From contig CM059433.1 in NCBI GenBank assembly GCA_030390025.1, positions 18,416,001 to 18,480,000 of the forward strand: a stretch of DNA of 64,000 nucleotides, read 5' to 3'. Origin of the DNA: Squalus acanthias. Its lineage: Eukaryota. The position numbers were made by a program, and so were the translations under genes. A model generated the notes under the pieces. The model had not been told where the DNA came from. It was given only the letters and a program-made list of their open reading frames with translations, and did no database searches. Shown piece after piece: positions 38,191 through 51,205 of this stretch (positions are counted from its first letter, which is position 1; the number at the start of each line of letters is the position of its first letter).

Positions 38191-39562
38191 ATCTTGGCTT
38201 AGAGGGGTTAGGGTCTCGGAGAAAAACTAGGAATAGGCCCTTTCTTTTAATATTATATGGAAAGAGCATCTACCCTGGCCCCTTAGTCTCCTACTTCCTG
38301 CTGGTTTTTCAATGTAGGTATTGTTGGTATGTTGGGACTGTCTAGTATTTAGATCTGCAAGTGGAGCTTTGGAGGGAAGGGGCAGGGGAGGAGCTGCTGA
38401 CATGCCTGCCACCTGTGGATTTTAAACTGCCAAGATCTGGCCGTGCCTGATGATCTCACATTGCTGGTATTATTGTGGCAATCTCCACCTTCCACAGCAC
38501 TGCCATACCTGTAGAACACCCTCAAATATGCAGGTAGTTGTATTAAAAGTCTTAATTAACTGCACGAATAAAATAGAATGTGCTCACTTGATTGACCTGT
38601 ACTCTATTGGCATGTAATGTTTTATCCCAAACACACTTTTAGCAGCAGAGTTATATCTCATATATTAAAATCTCAGCTGTGTTTACAGTGTAAGATGTTC
38701 AATGCTACAACTACGTGCATTAATATTGAAGTCACACCTTTCTTTTTTATCAGATGCAATGTTGTGTATATTGTAGTGTCAATATTTGCTCAGAACACAC
38801 AAAGTGTGTGTGTATATATAGAGGCGTGTAGATTATCTGGGTCTACATACAGGTAGGTGGAGCACATCGAAAACTGGGCAGGTTAAGGCGCATATGTGTA
38901 AAGGAACCCACATGATTTTCTGATATTCCAAGTGCCCAGGGATACTAGGCACAGACCCAGGAAAATCTATATATTAAGAAAAAATATTTTGGTAGATATT
39001 TGGAGCTTACCACAGGAGATCTTGGGCAGCTGAGGAAGCACGAATTGCTGAGGTCAAAAAGTGTAGCTCTCCGCTGCCCGAGTCTGGAGATCTCCATTGT
39101 TTGCACTTGATCGTGGGCTCTTTATACTGTTGTGCAAGTGGACTTGGACTGACGCAATTTTAAGATTTTGATGGATCAGAAGCACAAGTAATGAGAACTA
39201 TAAAATGATGGACATGATTACAGAGATGGAGACCATTATCAAAAGGGGAAGGGGGGCCAGAGGGATGGGGGGCTGTAAACATAGGGGGCCGACATTCCAG
39301 CATAAGTGCTTGATGTGACCTCCGGCGCTGACCCCACCAAAGTTCGCAGGCTCAGGGGGTAGACCCTTAATTCAAATAGCCCAGGCAGGTGCCAGTGACC
39401 TAGCGATACAACTCCAGCATCTACCTGCCCCAAGAGGCTGCAAACTGTGGCAGAAAAAAAGAAATAAGTTCCCTTTTGGAACTTTTTCTAGGGAGCTGAA
39501 ATTTTACTTGTGTTCCTCTTCTTCCTTCGGGGTTCCAGGCCACAACCCAAGCCTGGACTCTC

Positions 39563-40929
39563 AGAACATAAGAAGTAAGAGCTGGAGTAGGCCATTTGGC
39601 CCTTCAAGCCTGCTCCGCCATTCAACAAGATCATGGCTGATCTTCTACCTCAACTCCACCTTCCTGCACTATCCCCATATCCCTTAATTCCCAAAAATTT
39701 ATCGACCTCTGTCTTGAATATACTCAACAACTGAGCATCCACAGCTCTCTGGGGTAGAGAATTCCAAAGATTCTAAACCCTTTAAGTGAAGAAATTTCTC
39801 CTCATCTCAGTCCTAAATGGCCTACCCCTTATTCTGTGACTGTGACCTGGTGTTCTAGATTCCCCAGCCAGGGGAAACATTTTCCCAGCATAAACCCTGT
39901 CAAGCCCTTTAAGAATGTTATATGTTTCAATGAGATCACCTCTCATTCTTCTAAACTCGAAGGAATATAGGCCTAGTCTACTCAATCTCTCCTCATAGGG
40001 CAATCCCCCTCATCCCAGGAACCAGTCTAGTGAACCTTTGCTGCACTCCCTCTAAGGCAAGTATGTCTTTCTTAGGTAAGGAGACCAGAACTGTACACAG
40101 TACTCCAGGTGTGGCCTCACCAATGCCCTGTATAATTATAGTAGGACTTCTTTTCTCTTATACTCTAATCCCTTTGTAACAAAAGCTAACATACCATTTG
40201 CTTGCCTAATTACTTGCTGTACCTGCATGTTAACTTTCTGTGATTCATGTACAAGGACACCCAGGTCTCTCTGAGGGCAAACATTTCCCAGTCTCTCACC
40301 TTTCAAAAATATTCTGCTTTTTTGTTTTTCCTACCAAAGTGGATAGCTTCACACTTCCCCACATTGTATTCCATTTGCCATGTTCTTGCCCACTCAGTCA
40401 ACCTGTCTATATCAGTCTGTAGCCTCTTTGTGTCCTCCTCATAGCTTACTTTCCCACCTAACTTTGTATCGTCAGCAAACTTGGATACGTTACACTCAGT
40501 CCCTTCATATAAGTCATTAATATAGATTGTAATAGCTGAGGCCCAAGCACTGATCCTTGCAGTACCCTGCTATTTACAGCCTGCCAACCTGAAAAAGTCC
40601 CGTTTATTCCTACTCTCTATTTTCTGTCCATTAACCGATCCTCAATCCCTATTAATATATTACCCCCAATACCATGAGTCCTAATTTTGTGTAATAACCT
40701 CTTGTGTGGCACCTTATCGAATGCTTTTTGAAAATCTAAATGCACCACATCCACTGGTCCCCCTTATTCATCCTACTAGTTACATCTTCAAAAAATTCTA
40801 ACAGATTTGTCAACACGATTTCCCTCTCCTAAAACCATGTTGACTCTGCCTAATCTTATTATGATTTTCTAAGTGCCCTGTTGCCACGTCCCTAATAATA
40901 TATTCTAGCATTTTGTCTACTACTGATGT
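39563..40929 (-). mobile_element. CR1 LINE 3' part (RT domain with deletions, and tail)
   Basis: KMLEYIIRD...QSQHGFRRGKSC; FADDTK encoded at about 40465-40480; RRMRGDLIETY; tail. Confidence 0.92.
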
Positions 40930-41500
40930 CCACGTGGGCTCCAAGTCTGCCACTGGATGGGCCATACTGCCAGTGCTCCGGCAGGCTGGGAATGCGGAAG
41001 CGCTTGCCCTGGGAGTCCTGCCTCTGGCCGCACCCACTCCTACATTGTTGTCCTTAATTGGGGTGCATGGAGGCTGTGCCCCTTACAAGGCTACTCCGAG
41101 AAGGCCAAGACCTGACATGTCTGGATTTTGATCTAATTAGTGCACCTTCCCCCACTTGCCAGAGTTACAGCAGTTGTGCCTCCAATGGTCTGCAAATTTA
41201 TGGTTCTGCACTGGGCCTCCCAGCCCTGGCCTTGCCTCTTCCTCTCGGCGCTGGCATTGGCTGCCAAAGCCCTTGCCCAGCGCTGAGGTTATGCCGAGGA
41301 CCGTTCCTTTAGGTCCTCTGCATCCGAAGGCTCCCGAGCTAATTTCCCCTCCCACCCGCCGGCCCTGAGATCAAGCCTGCCGGTTTTGCGAGGGATTATT
41401 TAAATGAGGCCCGGGAGTTAAAATGGCCCGGGCCTCACTCTCAGATCCCTGTGGGAGTTCCTCGCCCTCCTCCCTTTTTGATCCAGCTGCCTCCTACTTC
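40930..41500. mobile_element. GC-rich fragment, probably from a Harbinger-type MITE
   Basis: aaatgaggcccgggagttaaaatggcccgggcctcac is the reverse complement of a motif at about 21170-21208, inside the 21094 MITE. Confidence 0.5.
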
Positions 41501-42599
41501 CTAGCTCAGCGCTGCTACCAATTGAAAGTATTTTGCAATCTCGTCTCTGCCCACTTAATTCAAATCAGTGTGCAAGTGCAGGTTGATGCTGGAATATTCC
41601 ATGGTAACTGTGTGGAGCTGTGAATAGCTCAAGCTTTTACTTCAGTTGATTTGAAACAAAGATACCAGTGTTTGCCTTCCAGTTAGATGGTGTTGTGTAA
41701 CTATCACTCCATACCGTGTTTGTTCCTGTCAGATAATGAGTGGTGAAACCCCGCTGCCAATGTTGAAGTGACATTTTGCTTTGAACTATTGATGACACCA
41801 GTACAGCAAGAGCCTCAATCTTTAAACCAAGAAGCTGACTTACTGCTACAGAAGCAATAATTACAATTACTTAGATGATGCGGTGCCGCAGATTGTTCTT
41901 ATTACTGAAACGTGGGGGTTTCCAAGCAAATCTTTCTTCAGCCACATAAGTAACTGAAGATTGCTTATCACAGCTTTGGAAGTTGACCATAATTGTATAA
42001 GGGCACTGATAGAGGCAGGAAGAGGTTAACTGCCAGTCTTTGGGGTGTTGAAAAGAAGTATATATATTTTTTTAAGTGCCCTCTTTACTACGGTGTAAAA
42101 GGTAAAATATCAGCATGTTCATCAAGAAAGACATCACACTTGTTCTAAACGTGTGGAAAATCACTTATAAATGTAGAAAGATAAATGCAGATTGCAAACC
42201 ATTGCACAAGAACCTTATCAGGGTGTAGCTGAAGGCTTCTATAGAACCAAATAACAATGGAACAATTATGGCCCAGCTCACTGTGTTTATAAATACTGTT
42301 TCAGTTTAAACTTTTTTCACCAGTTTGAAAAAGAAATCAGTACTAATAAATTTCCCCAATTAACCTAAACCCTTTTAAAACTGTTATAGTAATTTCTGTT
42401 TCGTAAATATTTCAACATGAAATCTCTTGAGTAAAATATTTTGATGTAAAACAGTATAAAACTTCACCGAGAAACCAAGGTACCAATATTATCTCAGAAT
42501 ACCTGTAATGTAAGTGAGTTGCGGTCTTGCGTCAGTATAATTTCCCCCTTCCCTGCCATGCAGGGCATTTTATGGTCATAGTGTGTACCGAAATCATAA

Positions 42600-42830
42600 T
42601 CGGGGAGTTCTCCCCAGTGTCCTGGTCAATAGTTATTCCTCATCCAACATCACTAAAACAGATTATCTGGTCGTGGTCTCCTTGCTGTTTGGGGGACTTT
42701 GCTGTGCGCAAATTGGCTGCTGCGTTTCCTGCATTACGACACTTCAAAAGTACTTCATTGGCTGTAAAGCGCTTTGGGACATCCTGACGCCGGAAAAGGT
42801 GCTACATGAATGCAAGTATTTACTTTCTTT
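42600..42830 (+). mobile_element. Deu-domain SINE, 3' half
   Basis: Matches 44235-44465. Confidence 0.8.
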
Positions 42831-42974
42831 ATAACTTGCACGTGTAAAATGATGCAGTTCATGTTGTAACTTGGTATATGTGTTCAGTTTGTCAGACTCT
42901 TTATTTTACTCCCTCTGAAACCTGCCACTTAGTTGAGTGTGCATATGGAACAGTTAATCTGGTATGATTTTTTT

Positions 42975-43441
42975 ATTTATTCGTTCATGGAATGTGGGCG
43001 TGGCTGGCATTTATTGCCCATCCCTGATTTCCCTTGAGAAGGTGGTGTTGTACCGCTGCAGTCCTTGTGGTGAAGGTACTCCCACAGTGTTGACTTTGTC
43101 GTGGCGGTTTGGTACAATTGAGTGGATTGCTAGGCTATTTCAGAAGGCAGTTAAGAGTCAACCACATTGCTGTGGGTCTGGAGTCACATATAGGCCAGAC
43201 CGGGTAAGGACGGCAGATTTCCTTCCCTAAAGGACATTAGTGAACCAGTTGGGTTTTTCCGACAATCAGGTAGTTTCATGGTCACCATTACTGATGCTAG
43301 CTTTTTAATTCCAAATTGATTTAATTAACTGAATTTAAATTCCCCAGCTGCCGTGGTGGGATTTGAACTCACGTCTCTGGATCATTAGTCCAGGCCTCTG
43401 GATTACCAGTCCAGTAACATAACCACTATGCTACCGTTCCC
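42975..43441 (-). mobile_element. tRNA-derived SINE with a LINE-family-2 tail
   Basis: Reverse complement of the 17749-18080 family, with a longer LINE-derived tail. Confidence 0.82.
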
Positions 43442-44019
43442 CTCGTCATGCAAATTATACTGTATGAATTACAGGGAAAGATATAAATGAGGTTACTGTA
43501 CACTAAAATTGTCAACTAGCTTCATTTTCATGGTGTAAGTGAAAAGAAGCATACTGTATTCAATTACTGGAAAAAAGTAAAAAATTATATATTTACACAA
43601 CTGTAGTAGCCCCAGAGTGAGACACTAATGTTAGTCCTGTTACTTTAGTAATTTACATTCTCAAAAAGCTTTGAATAATTTAGCTTTGTTTCATTTTACG
43701 GCGAATGCATGTTCATATTCAGACTAATATTGCAGTAATCTTTTCTCCAGTCAGGACATGCGTAACGTAACGTATATACACCATAGTGAACCCAACAGGG
43801 TTTGTATTCACTGACTGCCAGTTGAGACTGTTCCTACGATTTGACTTACACTATGCGCATTCAAATTGTTTTATACCTTGAGCGGGCAACTTGCGTAATG
43901 AACAACACATACTCGCTCTAAGCGATGAGGTGTTAATTATGAACAAACTGGGGGACAAATCACTGCTAAAGAGAGGCAGTATTTCAGAGTGAGGAAAGTA
44001 TTTTCAGTTGAAACTCCTT

Positions 44020-44465
44020 CAGCTGTGGCTCAGTGGGTAGCACACTTGCCTCTGAGTCAGAAGGTTGTGGGTTCAAATCCCACTCCAGGGACTTGAGCAC
44101 ATAAAGCTAGGTTGGCACTCCAGTGCAGTGCTGCACTGTCGGAGGTGCCGTCTTTCGGATGAGACGTTAAACCGAGGCCCCGTCTGCTCTCTCAGGTGGT
44201 TGTAAAAGATCCCATGGCACTATTTCGAAGAAGAGCAGAGGAGTTATCCCCAGTGTTCTGGCCAATATTTATCCCTCGACCAACATAACAAAAAACAGAT
44301 TACCTGGTCATTAGCACATTGCGGTTTGTGGGAGCTTGCTGTGCGCAAATTCGCTGCCGCGTTTCCCACATTACAACAGTGACAGTACTTCATTGGCTGT
44401 AAAGCGCTTTGAGACGTCCGGTGGTCATGAAAGGCGCTATATAAATGCAAGTCTTTCTTTCTTTC
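44020..44465 (+). mobile_element. Full-length Deu-domain SINE (SacSINE1-like)
   Basis: Box A tggctcagtgg, box B ggttcaaatcc, central aaaccgaggccc...aaagatcccatggcactatttcgaagaagag, tail (tctt)n. Confidence 0.85.
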
Positions 44466-44639
44466 CAGAAAGAGATTTTCTGTGAGGAGATTTTCCCTGT
44501 TTTGCTGCTGAAAAAATAACCTGCTGGAGATCTGTTATGTCAGGGGTCTTGGCTGATACAGAACCGCAAGTTAACATTTCTGGTGACCTCTGTCTTTGGC
44601 CTGCACTCATTATGGTGTGTGGATTTTACAAACCAATGT

Positions 44640-45016
44640 TATTCATTCTCAGGATGTGGGCGTTGCTGGCAAAGCCGGCGTTTATTGCCCATCCCTAGTT
44701 GACCTGAGAAGGTGGTGGCAGTTCTTGAACTGAGTAGCTTGCTAGGCCACTTCACCATATTGGTATGGTACTGGAGTCACACATAGGTCAGACCGGGTAA
44801 GGACAGCAGGCTTTCTTCCCTGAAGAACATGAGTGAACCAGTTGGGTTTTTACACCAATCTAACCGCTTCATAGCCACTTTGACTGATACCAGCTTTTTA
44901 AAACTGAATTCAAAGTTCTCAAACTGTCATGGAGGGATTTGAATTCGCGTTCCCTGGATTATTAGTCCAGGCCTCTGGATTACTAGTGCGGTAACATAAC
45001 CACTACACTACCGTAC
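44640..45016 (-). mobile_element. tRNA-derived SINE with a LINE-family-2 tail
   Basis: Homologous to 42975-43441. Confidence 0.8.
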
Positions 45017-45396
45017 TCATATTGGAATCTGCCCTAGTCCTCGAAGTCGGTCACCGTGTTGAAACCAGCTGTGGTCAATACTGAACCAAGAAATATACCC
45101 CGACCCTGTTTAGTCGAATGATAGTCGGTCGAAGACCAGCACACTGCGATCTGCGTGGGTTGCTTGCTGCGAATGACTTGATCAGTTTCTAGCTTTTCAA
45201 CAGCAAGACTAAGAATCTATTCTCTTAAGTGAAATATTTTTAGCAAATTTGTAGTCTTTGAGGGGTCATGAAAAATTACTTTTAGATTAGAAGTATTTTG
45301 CCCCTCAGTTGTATTATTTCCTATTAGGATCCATTCTTCTTTCTTAAAAGCAAACCCAATTTGGTACAGAATTTGGTTTTAGCAGGTATTCCTAAA

Positions 45397-45835
45397 GAAG
45401 AAAGAAAGACTTGCATTTATATAGCGCCTTTCATGACTACCGGACGGCTCAAAGCACTTTACAGCCAATGAAGTACTTTTGAAGTGGAGTCACTGGTGTA
45501 ATGTGGGAAATGCGCACAGCAAGCTCCCACAATCAGCAATGTGATAATGACCAGATAATCTGCTTTTGTTGTGTTGGTTGAAGGATAAATATTGGCCAGG
45601 ACACCGGGGATGACTCCCTTGCTCCTCTTCGAAATAGTACCATGGGATCTTTTACGTCCACCTGAGAGAGCAGATGGGTCCTCGGTTTAACGTCTCATCT
45701 CCGACAGTGCAGCGCTCCCTCAGTACTGCACTGGAGTGTCAGCCTAGTTTTATGTGCGCAAGTCCCTGGAGTGGGACTTGAACCCACAACCCTCTGACTC
45801 AGTGGCGAGTGTGCTACCCACTGAGCCACAGCTGA
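45397..45835 (-). mobile_element. Full-length Deu-domain SINE
   Basis: Reverse complement of 44020-44465. Confidence 0.85.
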
Positions 45836-46398
45836 CCTAGCTTTAGTTACAAATATGAGGTGTACAGAGTACAAACTAAATATGTTCCTACAAAGGTGAT
45901 GAGGGGAAGCATCAAAGTATAGAGTTATTTGGATAAATAGATTAAAACGAAACTGGAGCTAAAAAAGAATGGCATATGATGGAGCTCGGGGATATAGTGA
46001 AGATAATCATGAAGGATATAGAAATCGGTGTAGGGAGGTGAAAAGGGAAATTAGAAAGGCTGAAATGGATTATGAGAAAAGACTAGCAGGCAATATAACA
46101 GAAAATAGTAGTGGCTTTTTATAAGCATATAAAAATTGAAGGTATAGTTAGAGAGGGTAGGACCACTGAGGAATGAAGGAGGCAATCTAATTGAGCTGGT
46201 GAATGTTGTAATGCCTACAAGTGCAAGCAAGTGTCTTTCCCATTCTGGGGGAGGAGAACTGGGATCTGATGCTGACTGGCAATTAGAGCTCTGACAGACT
46301 TTCTTTTGTTTGGGGAGGAAGAAGAGTTCTGTATTATTTTCATTGCATTGACACCACTTACAAATTGGGCACTTCAACAAGATTTACGTCATTGTGCC

Positions 46399-47725
46399 AT
46401 GTTTTCACTTAATACCCACTTTTGCACTTTTTTTCCCTTCGATGGGAGGGACGTAGATTAAATAGACACAAGCTGGTAGAGAAATGCAATTTTATTTATT
46501 AATAACTGATCATGCCTATCATGGTCAAAATAAAGGAAGCAATAATATACATGGAAGAACTAATGAGAGGAAGTGTTAGTGTCTCAAACACTTTTCCTGA
46601 AAGTATATCCTGAAAGTGAAAGTATATCGCCGATCCTTCATCGCCACTGGGTCAAAATCCGGGAACTCCCTACCTAACAGCACTGTGGGAGTACCTTCAC
46701 CACACGGACTGCAGCGTTTAAAAAGGTGGCTCACCACCACCTTCTCTCAAGGGCAATTAGGGATGGGCAATAAATGCTGGCCTTGCCAGCGACGCCCACA
46801 TCCCAGGAACGAATAATTTAAAAGAAATTGCTTCATTGCCAAACTATTTTGATTGAAGAATTTCCCTGGGAAGAGGGTAATAAGGTAGTGAGGGTTTCAC
46901 AGTTTGTCAAAAAGGTCCCTGCATAACTTCATGATAGGAGGGTCGAACTCAAGGTCATTAATAACATTTTATTCCTCAGTGAGTCTTTCTGTATCAACTG
47001 AACCACAGTGCAGTTCCTGGCTGCAAATAACAGTGTTAGTTGGTTTCTTACCCATGGGCATACCTTTCAAATGTCTTGTTTTCATTGGAGAGTGCTAACA
47101 TTAGACAGTGGGGCTGAGTCAAGTAACAGTGAAGTGCAGATCGGCAGTTCCACAGAAAACCACCCTTTCAACACAGGGCAGGTTGGGTGGAAAGCCCACA
47201 TGACTTCAGATCATCTCAGGGAAGATAGAACAGACTTGAGAATGCACTTCTGGAAAACTTCCTAGAATGTGCACTTAAAAAGCACTCACTTCCCCACACA
47301 CCGTCCAATAAGTAGAAAGCCATTTTACATCCACCTTACCATATTTTAAAAGCAGCCAAAGAAAGTCTCAAGTACTTGTTCAGTTGAACTCTTGAAAAAT
47401 GTACGCTAACATTTTGGGTTTTGTTCTGAACATGTCACATGACAAGATTTTATCTCCTCTGGCAATAAAGAATACATTATAGTGGATTTGTACATTCTGG
47501 TCTGGTTGAGGAGTGAAAAACATTATTTAGGAAAGGTGTTTGAGACACTAACACTTTCTCTCATTAGTTATTGTATATTATTGCTTCCTTTATTTTGACC
47601 ATGATGGGCATAATCAGTTATTAATAAATAAAATTACATTTCTCTTCCAGCTTGTGTCTATTTAATCTACTTCCCTCCCATCTAAGGGGAAAAAAAGTGC
47701 AAAAGTGGGTATTAAATGAGAACAT
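46399..47725. repeat. Inverted repeat with ~200-bp arms (46399-46598 and 47529-47725)
   Basis: aatacccacttttgcacttttttt...gtctcaaacac versus gtgtttgagac...aaaaaagtgcaaaagtgggtatt. Confidence 0.9.
46617..46820 (+). mobile_element. LINE family 2 tail
   Basis: Matches 13985-14190. Confidence 0.8.
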
Positions 47726-47814
47726 TCTGACTTGAATCCACATGTACAAGTTATACCTTTTTGGGGTCCCCTCTTGGGTAAATTATTTAAACAATGAATC
47801 TTTTCATGCAGTAA

Positions 47815-48120
47815 GTAGCATACAAACTAGAATCTAATCCCTGGTCTGTGCTGTGTTAACTCATCTCAACTGGGATGCTACATTTGACCTAAATACCCAG
47901 GCTCAGGGAAGGGAATATCAATCAAAGTTTCTGCTCCTGATCACTGGAAGTGCATGTGGGGGACATCAGATGAGGACAGTATCAGTGTACCACACCCTAT
48001 CCTTCCACAGTCAAATAGCTTGCTCAACATTTGGTATCACGGCTTGATACCAAATAATGATCACTTAGTTCAGGTAGCAGAGGAGAAGGGGAAGGGTGCA
48101 GTATCTGGAACTGTACCTCA
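47815..48120 (+). mobile_element. LF-SINE-like relic
   Basis: aatccctggtctgtgctgtgttaactcatctcaactggg...ctgctcctgatcact...ggacatcagatgaggacag...ggaactgtacc. Confidence 0.65.
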
Positions 48121-48144
48121 ATGTTCAACTTTCTATGTTTCTAT

Positions 48145-48290
48145 AGGCGTCAAAGGGTATGGGGAGAGAGCGGGAATATGGTATTGAGATAGAGGATCAG
48201 CCATGATCATATTGAATGGCGGAGCAGGCTCGAAGGGCCGAATGGCCTACTCCTGCTCCTATTTTTCTATTTTTCCTTTTCTATGTTTCT
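48145..48290 (+). mobile_element. CR1 tail
   Basis: gatcagccatgatcatattgaatggcggagcaggctcgaagggccgaatggcctactcctgctcct. Confidence 0.85.
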
Positions 48291-48999
48291 CAGCAAGGAG
48301 TCTACTCATTTAAGAGAAAAGGGAGGGGGACAAAACTAGTGACAGTTAAAGAAAAAAGGGAAAAAAAGTTAAGAGAACAGTTAGTTCATTCAATGTTGTG
48401 TAATTGTAAAGAATTGTACATCAGTTAACTGCTGTAAAAATGTCATCAGTGTTTTAAAACAGGAATAATATTGATGAACTGGAGTTTGTAGTTAACATGG
48501 TATTATTGCGGTGAGGATATTTTTACCAGTCAGTACATGAGTACACCATTTACTGCAGATGTTGTAAATGTGAGATAACTGCTTGATTCAACAGTGGCTT
48601 GGTTGACTGTCTTTTTATATGATCTTGGCAATGCTCAGTGAAGTGCTTGAACTACTTGAGGTTGAATCTCAAGCCGAGCCATGAATACTTCATGTGACTA
48701 ATATATCACACATGTATATTTTACTCAAACACTAACCATTAACAAGTTTATGAAAATACAGCAAACTCCTTCATTTGTGAGCTAATTTGCAGAGGAGCTC
48801 TCTGTGCACGAAGCCCCTTTGAGGTTTCAACGTGGTTTAGCCTAGATTTCCGACAACTACTTGAGAGTATTATGTAACCATTCCAGTACTCAGAAAAAGG
48901 GAGTCAAGGCTCCTTTATTGCTTTGATTCCTGTTCCAGCCAAGGACTGAGCGCACACCAAGTGGCCATGTTAGAAGTGTTCCAAGTACAGTGGTCCGCT

Positions 49000-49530
49000 T
49001 CAGCCCCACCACTCACAGCTGTGCCTTCAGCCACCATGGCGGCATCCTAAACCCCTCCATCTCCATGACAACTTGTATTTATAAAGCACCTTTAACGTAG
49101 TAAAATGTCCCAAGGTGCTGCACAGGAGCGTTATCAAACAAAATTTGACACCAAACCACATAAGGAGATACTAGGGTAGATGGAGGTAGGTTTTAAGGAG
49201 TGTCTTAAAGAAGGAAAGAAAGCGAGAGAGGCAGAGAAGTTTAGGGAGGGAATTCCAGAGCCCAGGGCCTTGACAACTGAAGGCACAGTCGCCAATGGTG
49301 GAGCGATTAAAATCGGAGATGCTCAAGAGGCCAGAATTGGAGTAGCGCAGAGGTTTGTACGGCTGGATGAGATTACTCCACTTCCCTCTTCAAGACCCTC
49401 CTTAAAACTCACCTGTTCGGCCAAGCTTTTTGACACCCCTCCTAATATCTCCTCCTTTGGCTCACTATACTTTTTTTTTATTACACTTGGGATATTTTTC
49501 TACATTAAAGGCACTATAAAAATGCACATT
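49000..49530. mobile_element. L2-like 3' fragments: a - strand piece (about 49068-49372) nested in a + strand tail
   Basis: + strand gccttcagcc...cttcaagaccctccttaaaactcacctgtt...aaggcactataaaaatgca; - strand piece ggttttaaggagtgtcttaaag...agggagggaattccagag. Confidence 0.6.
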
Positions 49531-49638
49531 ATTGTTGGCCATGGATTGTTTTAGCACTGGGTGTGGATTTTAACTTCCTTTTCACTTATTATTCAATTTA
49601 TTTTTATTTACTATCCTTATTTTTGCACATGTTTTCAG

Positions 49639-49813
49639 CAACAGTTCGAGGCTCATCAGGAAGAAGGGATGGTGATCTCGCACATGGCTGTGGCTGGCGT
49701 TGGAGTCTGGATTGCCTTCAGTTCTGGATCTGCTCTGCGCTTGTTTCACACGGAGACACTTGAACATCTTCAAGATATCAACATCGCCACTCCTATCCAT
49801 AACATGATAGCAG
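49639..49813 (+). CDS. ARHGEF10: ARHGEF10 internal exon E ([27 protein letters not shown]...[15 protein letters not shown])
   Basis: Acceptor ttttcag| and donor |gtaagt; 175 nt, phase 0/1. Nearly identical to recalled ARHGEF10 [15 protein letters not shown]. Confidence 0.96.
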
Positions 49814-50679
49814 GTAAGTGATTAACCCGTAAAAGTATGCCAGTTCTGCGCTAGATTAAAAGTCAGCAATACTTCAGTATTTTAGTTTATTAAATATTAC
49901 TGCGAATTTAGGTGTCCCATACCATATGTCGCCCTTCAGGCTGTTCCACAACACTTCTGTGTTCTCAGCTAAGCTACAGTTTCTGTAAGCAGATCAAGTC
50001 TCTTCTGTACAAAAATCTGCACCTACCTTCTTTTACTGAATATGGGTTAGCATAGCCCAGGTTTAACAACTAACCCTGACTCATGGTAAACCCCTTACTG
50101 GAGAATGAATTGGATGTCCACCATGTTTTCCCGTCACCTCGGAAACAGAACACTAACACACTAGCAGACTATTACATCCAAACTAATCAACTTGTTCAAA
50201 GATTTATTTACAGATAAAGGAATATTACAAAGCAAAAAGGCAACACAAGATACTAATGAAGTGCAGTAGCCAAACTTGCATGATTTAACCGTTTAAATCG
50301 AAAATAAAAACCAAGGCTGGGGTTTTTCTGCTGGTATGCTGACCGGCCTGTGAATTTCCTGTCCATTAAAATGAATGAGAGGAAAATCACAGGCTGGTGA
50401 TTTCACAAACAGAAAATGCTGGCCGGAGTCTGACAGTTTTGCAGCTGTATTGAGCAAATTTTTGGTATTGGAGTTTCTGGTGGTTTTTGAGAGATGATTG
50501 CTCACAGACTCCCTATTCTGTATTACTTGCAAAGGCTAGGTTAATAGAGACTGAAGCCCTGGAGAGGCGCTTAAGGTTTTTTTTTGAAGATCAAAAAAAT
50601 CTCAGTGCAAAATCAAAATGTTAACTGTTTTTATAGCTTGGTAGACAATGTGGTAAAAGCTTGAATTGCTGACTTCCTT

Positions 50680-51205
50680 TGTTTATTCATTCTGGGGATA
50701 TGAGCATCGCTGGTAAGGCTAGCATTTACTGCCCATCCCTAGTTGCCCTTGAGAAGATGGTGGTGGGCCACCTTCTTGAGCTGTTGCAGTCCATGGTGTG
50801 AAGGTACTCCCACAGTGCTGTTAGGGAGGGAGTTCCAGGATTTTGACCAAGCTATGATGAAGGACCAGTGATATATGCCCCAAGTGGGGATGGTGTGTGA
50901 CTTGGAGGGGAACGTAGAGGTGACGATGCTTCCATACACACTACTACTACCACTATGACTTGCATTTATATAGCACCTTTAACGTAGTGTGCTGCCCTTG
51001 TCCTTCTAGGTGGTAGAGGTTGTGGGTTTGGGAGGTTGTAGGGTTGGAGGAGGTTACAGAGTTAGGGAGGGGTGAGGCCACGGAGGGAATTTGAAATCAC
51101 TGATGAGGATTTTAAAAATCGAGGCGTTGCTGGACCAGGAGCCAATGTAGTTCAGCGAACATAGGGGTGATAGGTGAATGGGACTTGGTGCAAGTTAGGA
51201 TACGG
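50680..51205 (-). mobile_element. LINE family 2 tail with adjoining L2-like fragments
   Basis: SFIIAWSKSWNSLPNSTVG; SHSPITPMFAELHWLLVQQRLDF (L2-type HITP..LHWLP motif). Confidence 0.75.

Noticed and set aside
44020..44090. tRNA-like sequences with A/B boxes (also near 15560-15633, 17749 and 45770-45835)
   Set aside because: They run directly into SINE bodies, so they are SINE heads rather than tRNA genes.
49639..49644. Alternative acceptor CAG 6 nt into exon E
   Set aside because: The upstream AG follows the pyrimidine tract and fits the recalled protein length; nothing supports use of the second.
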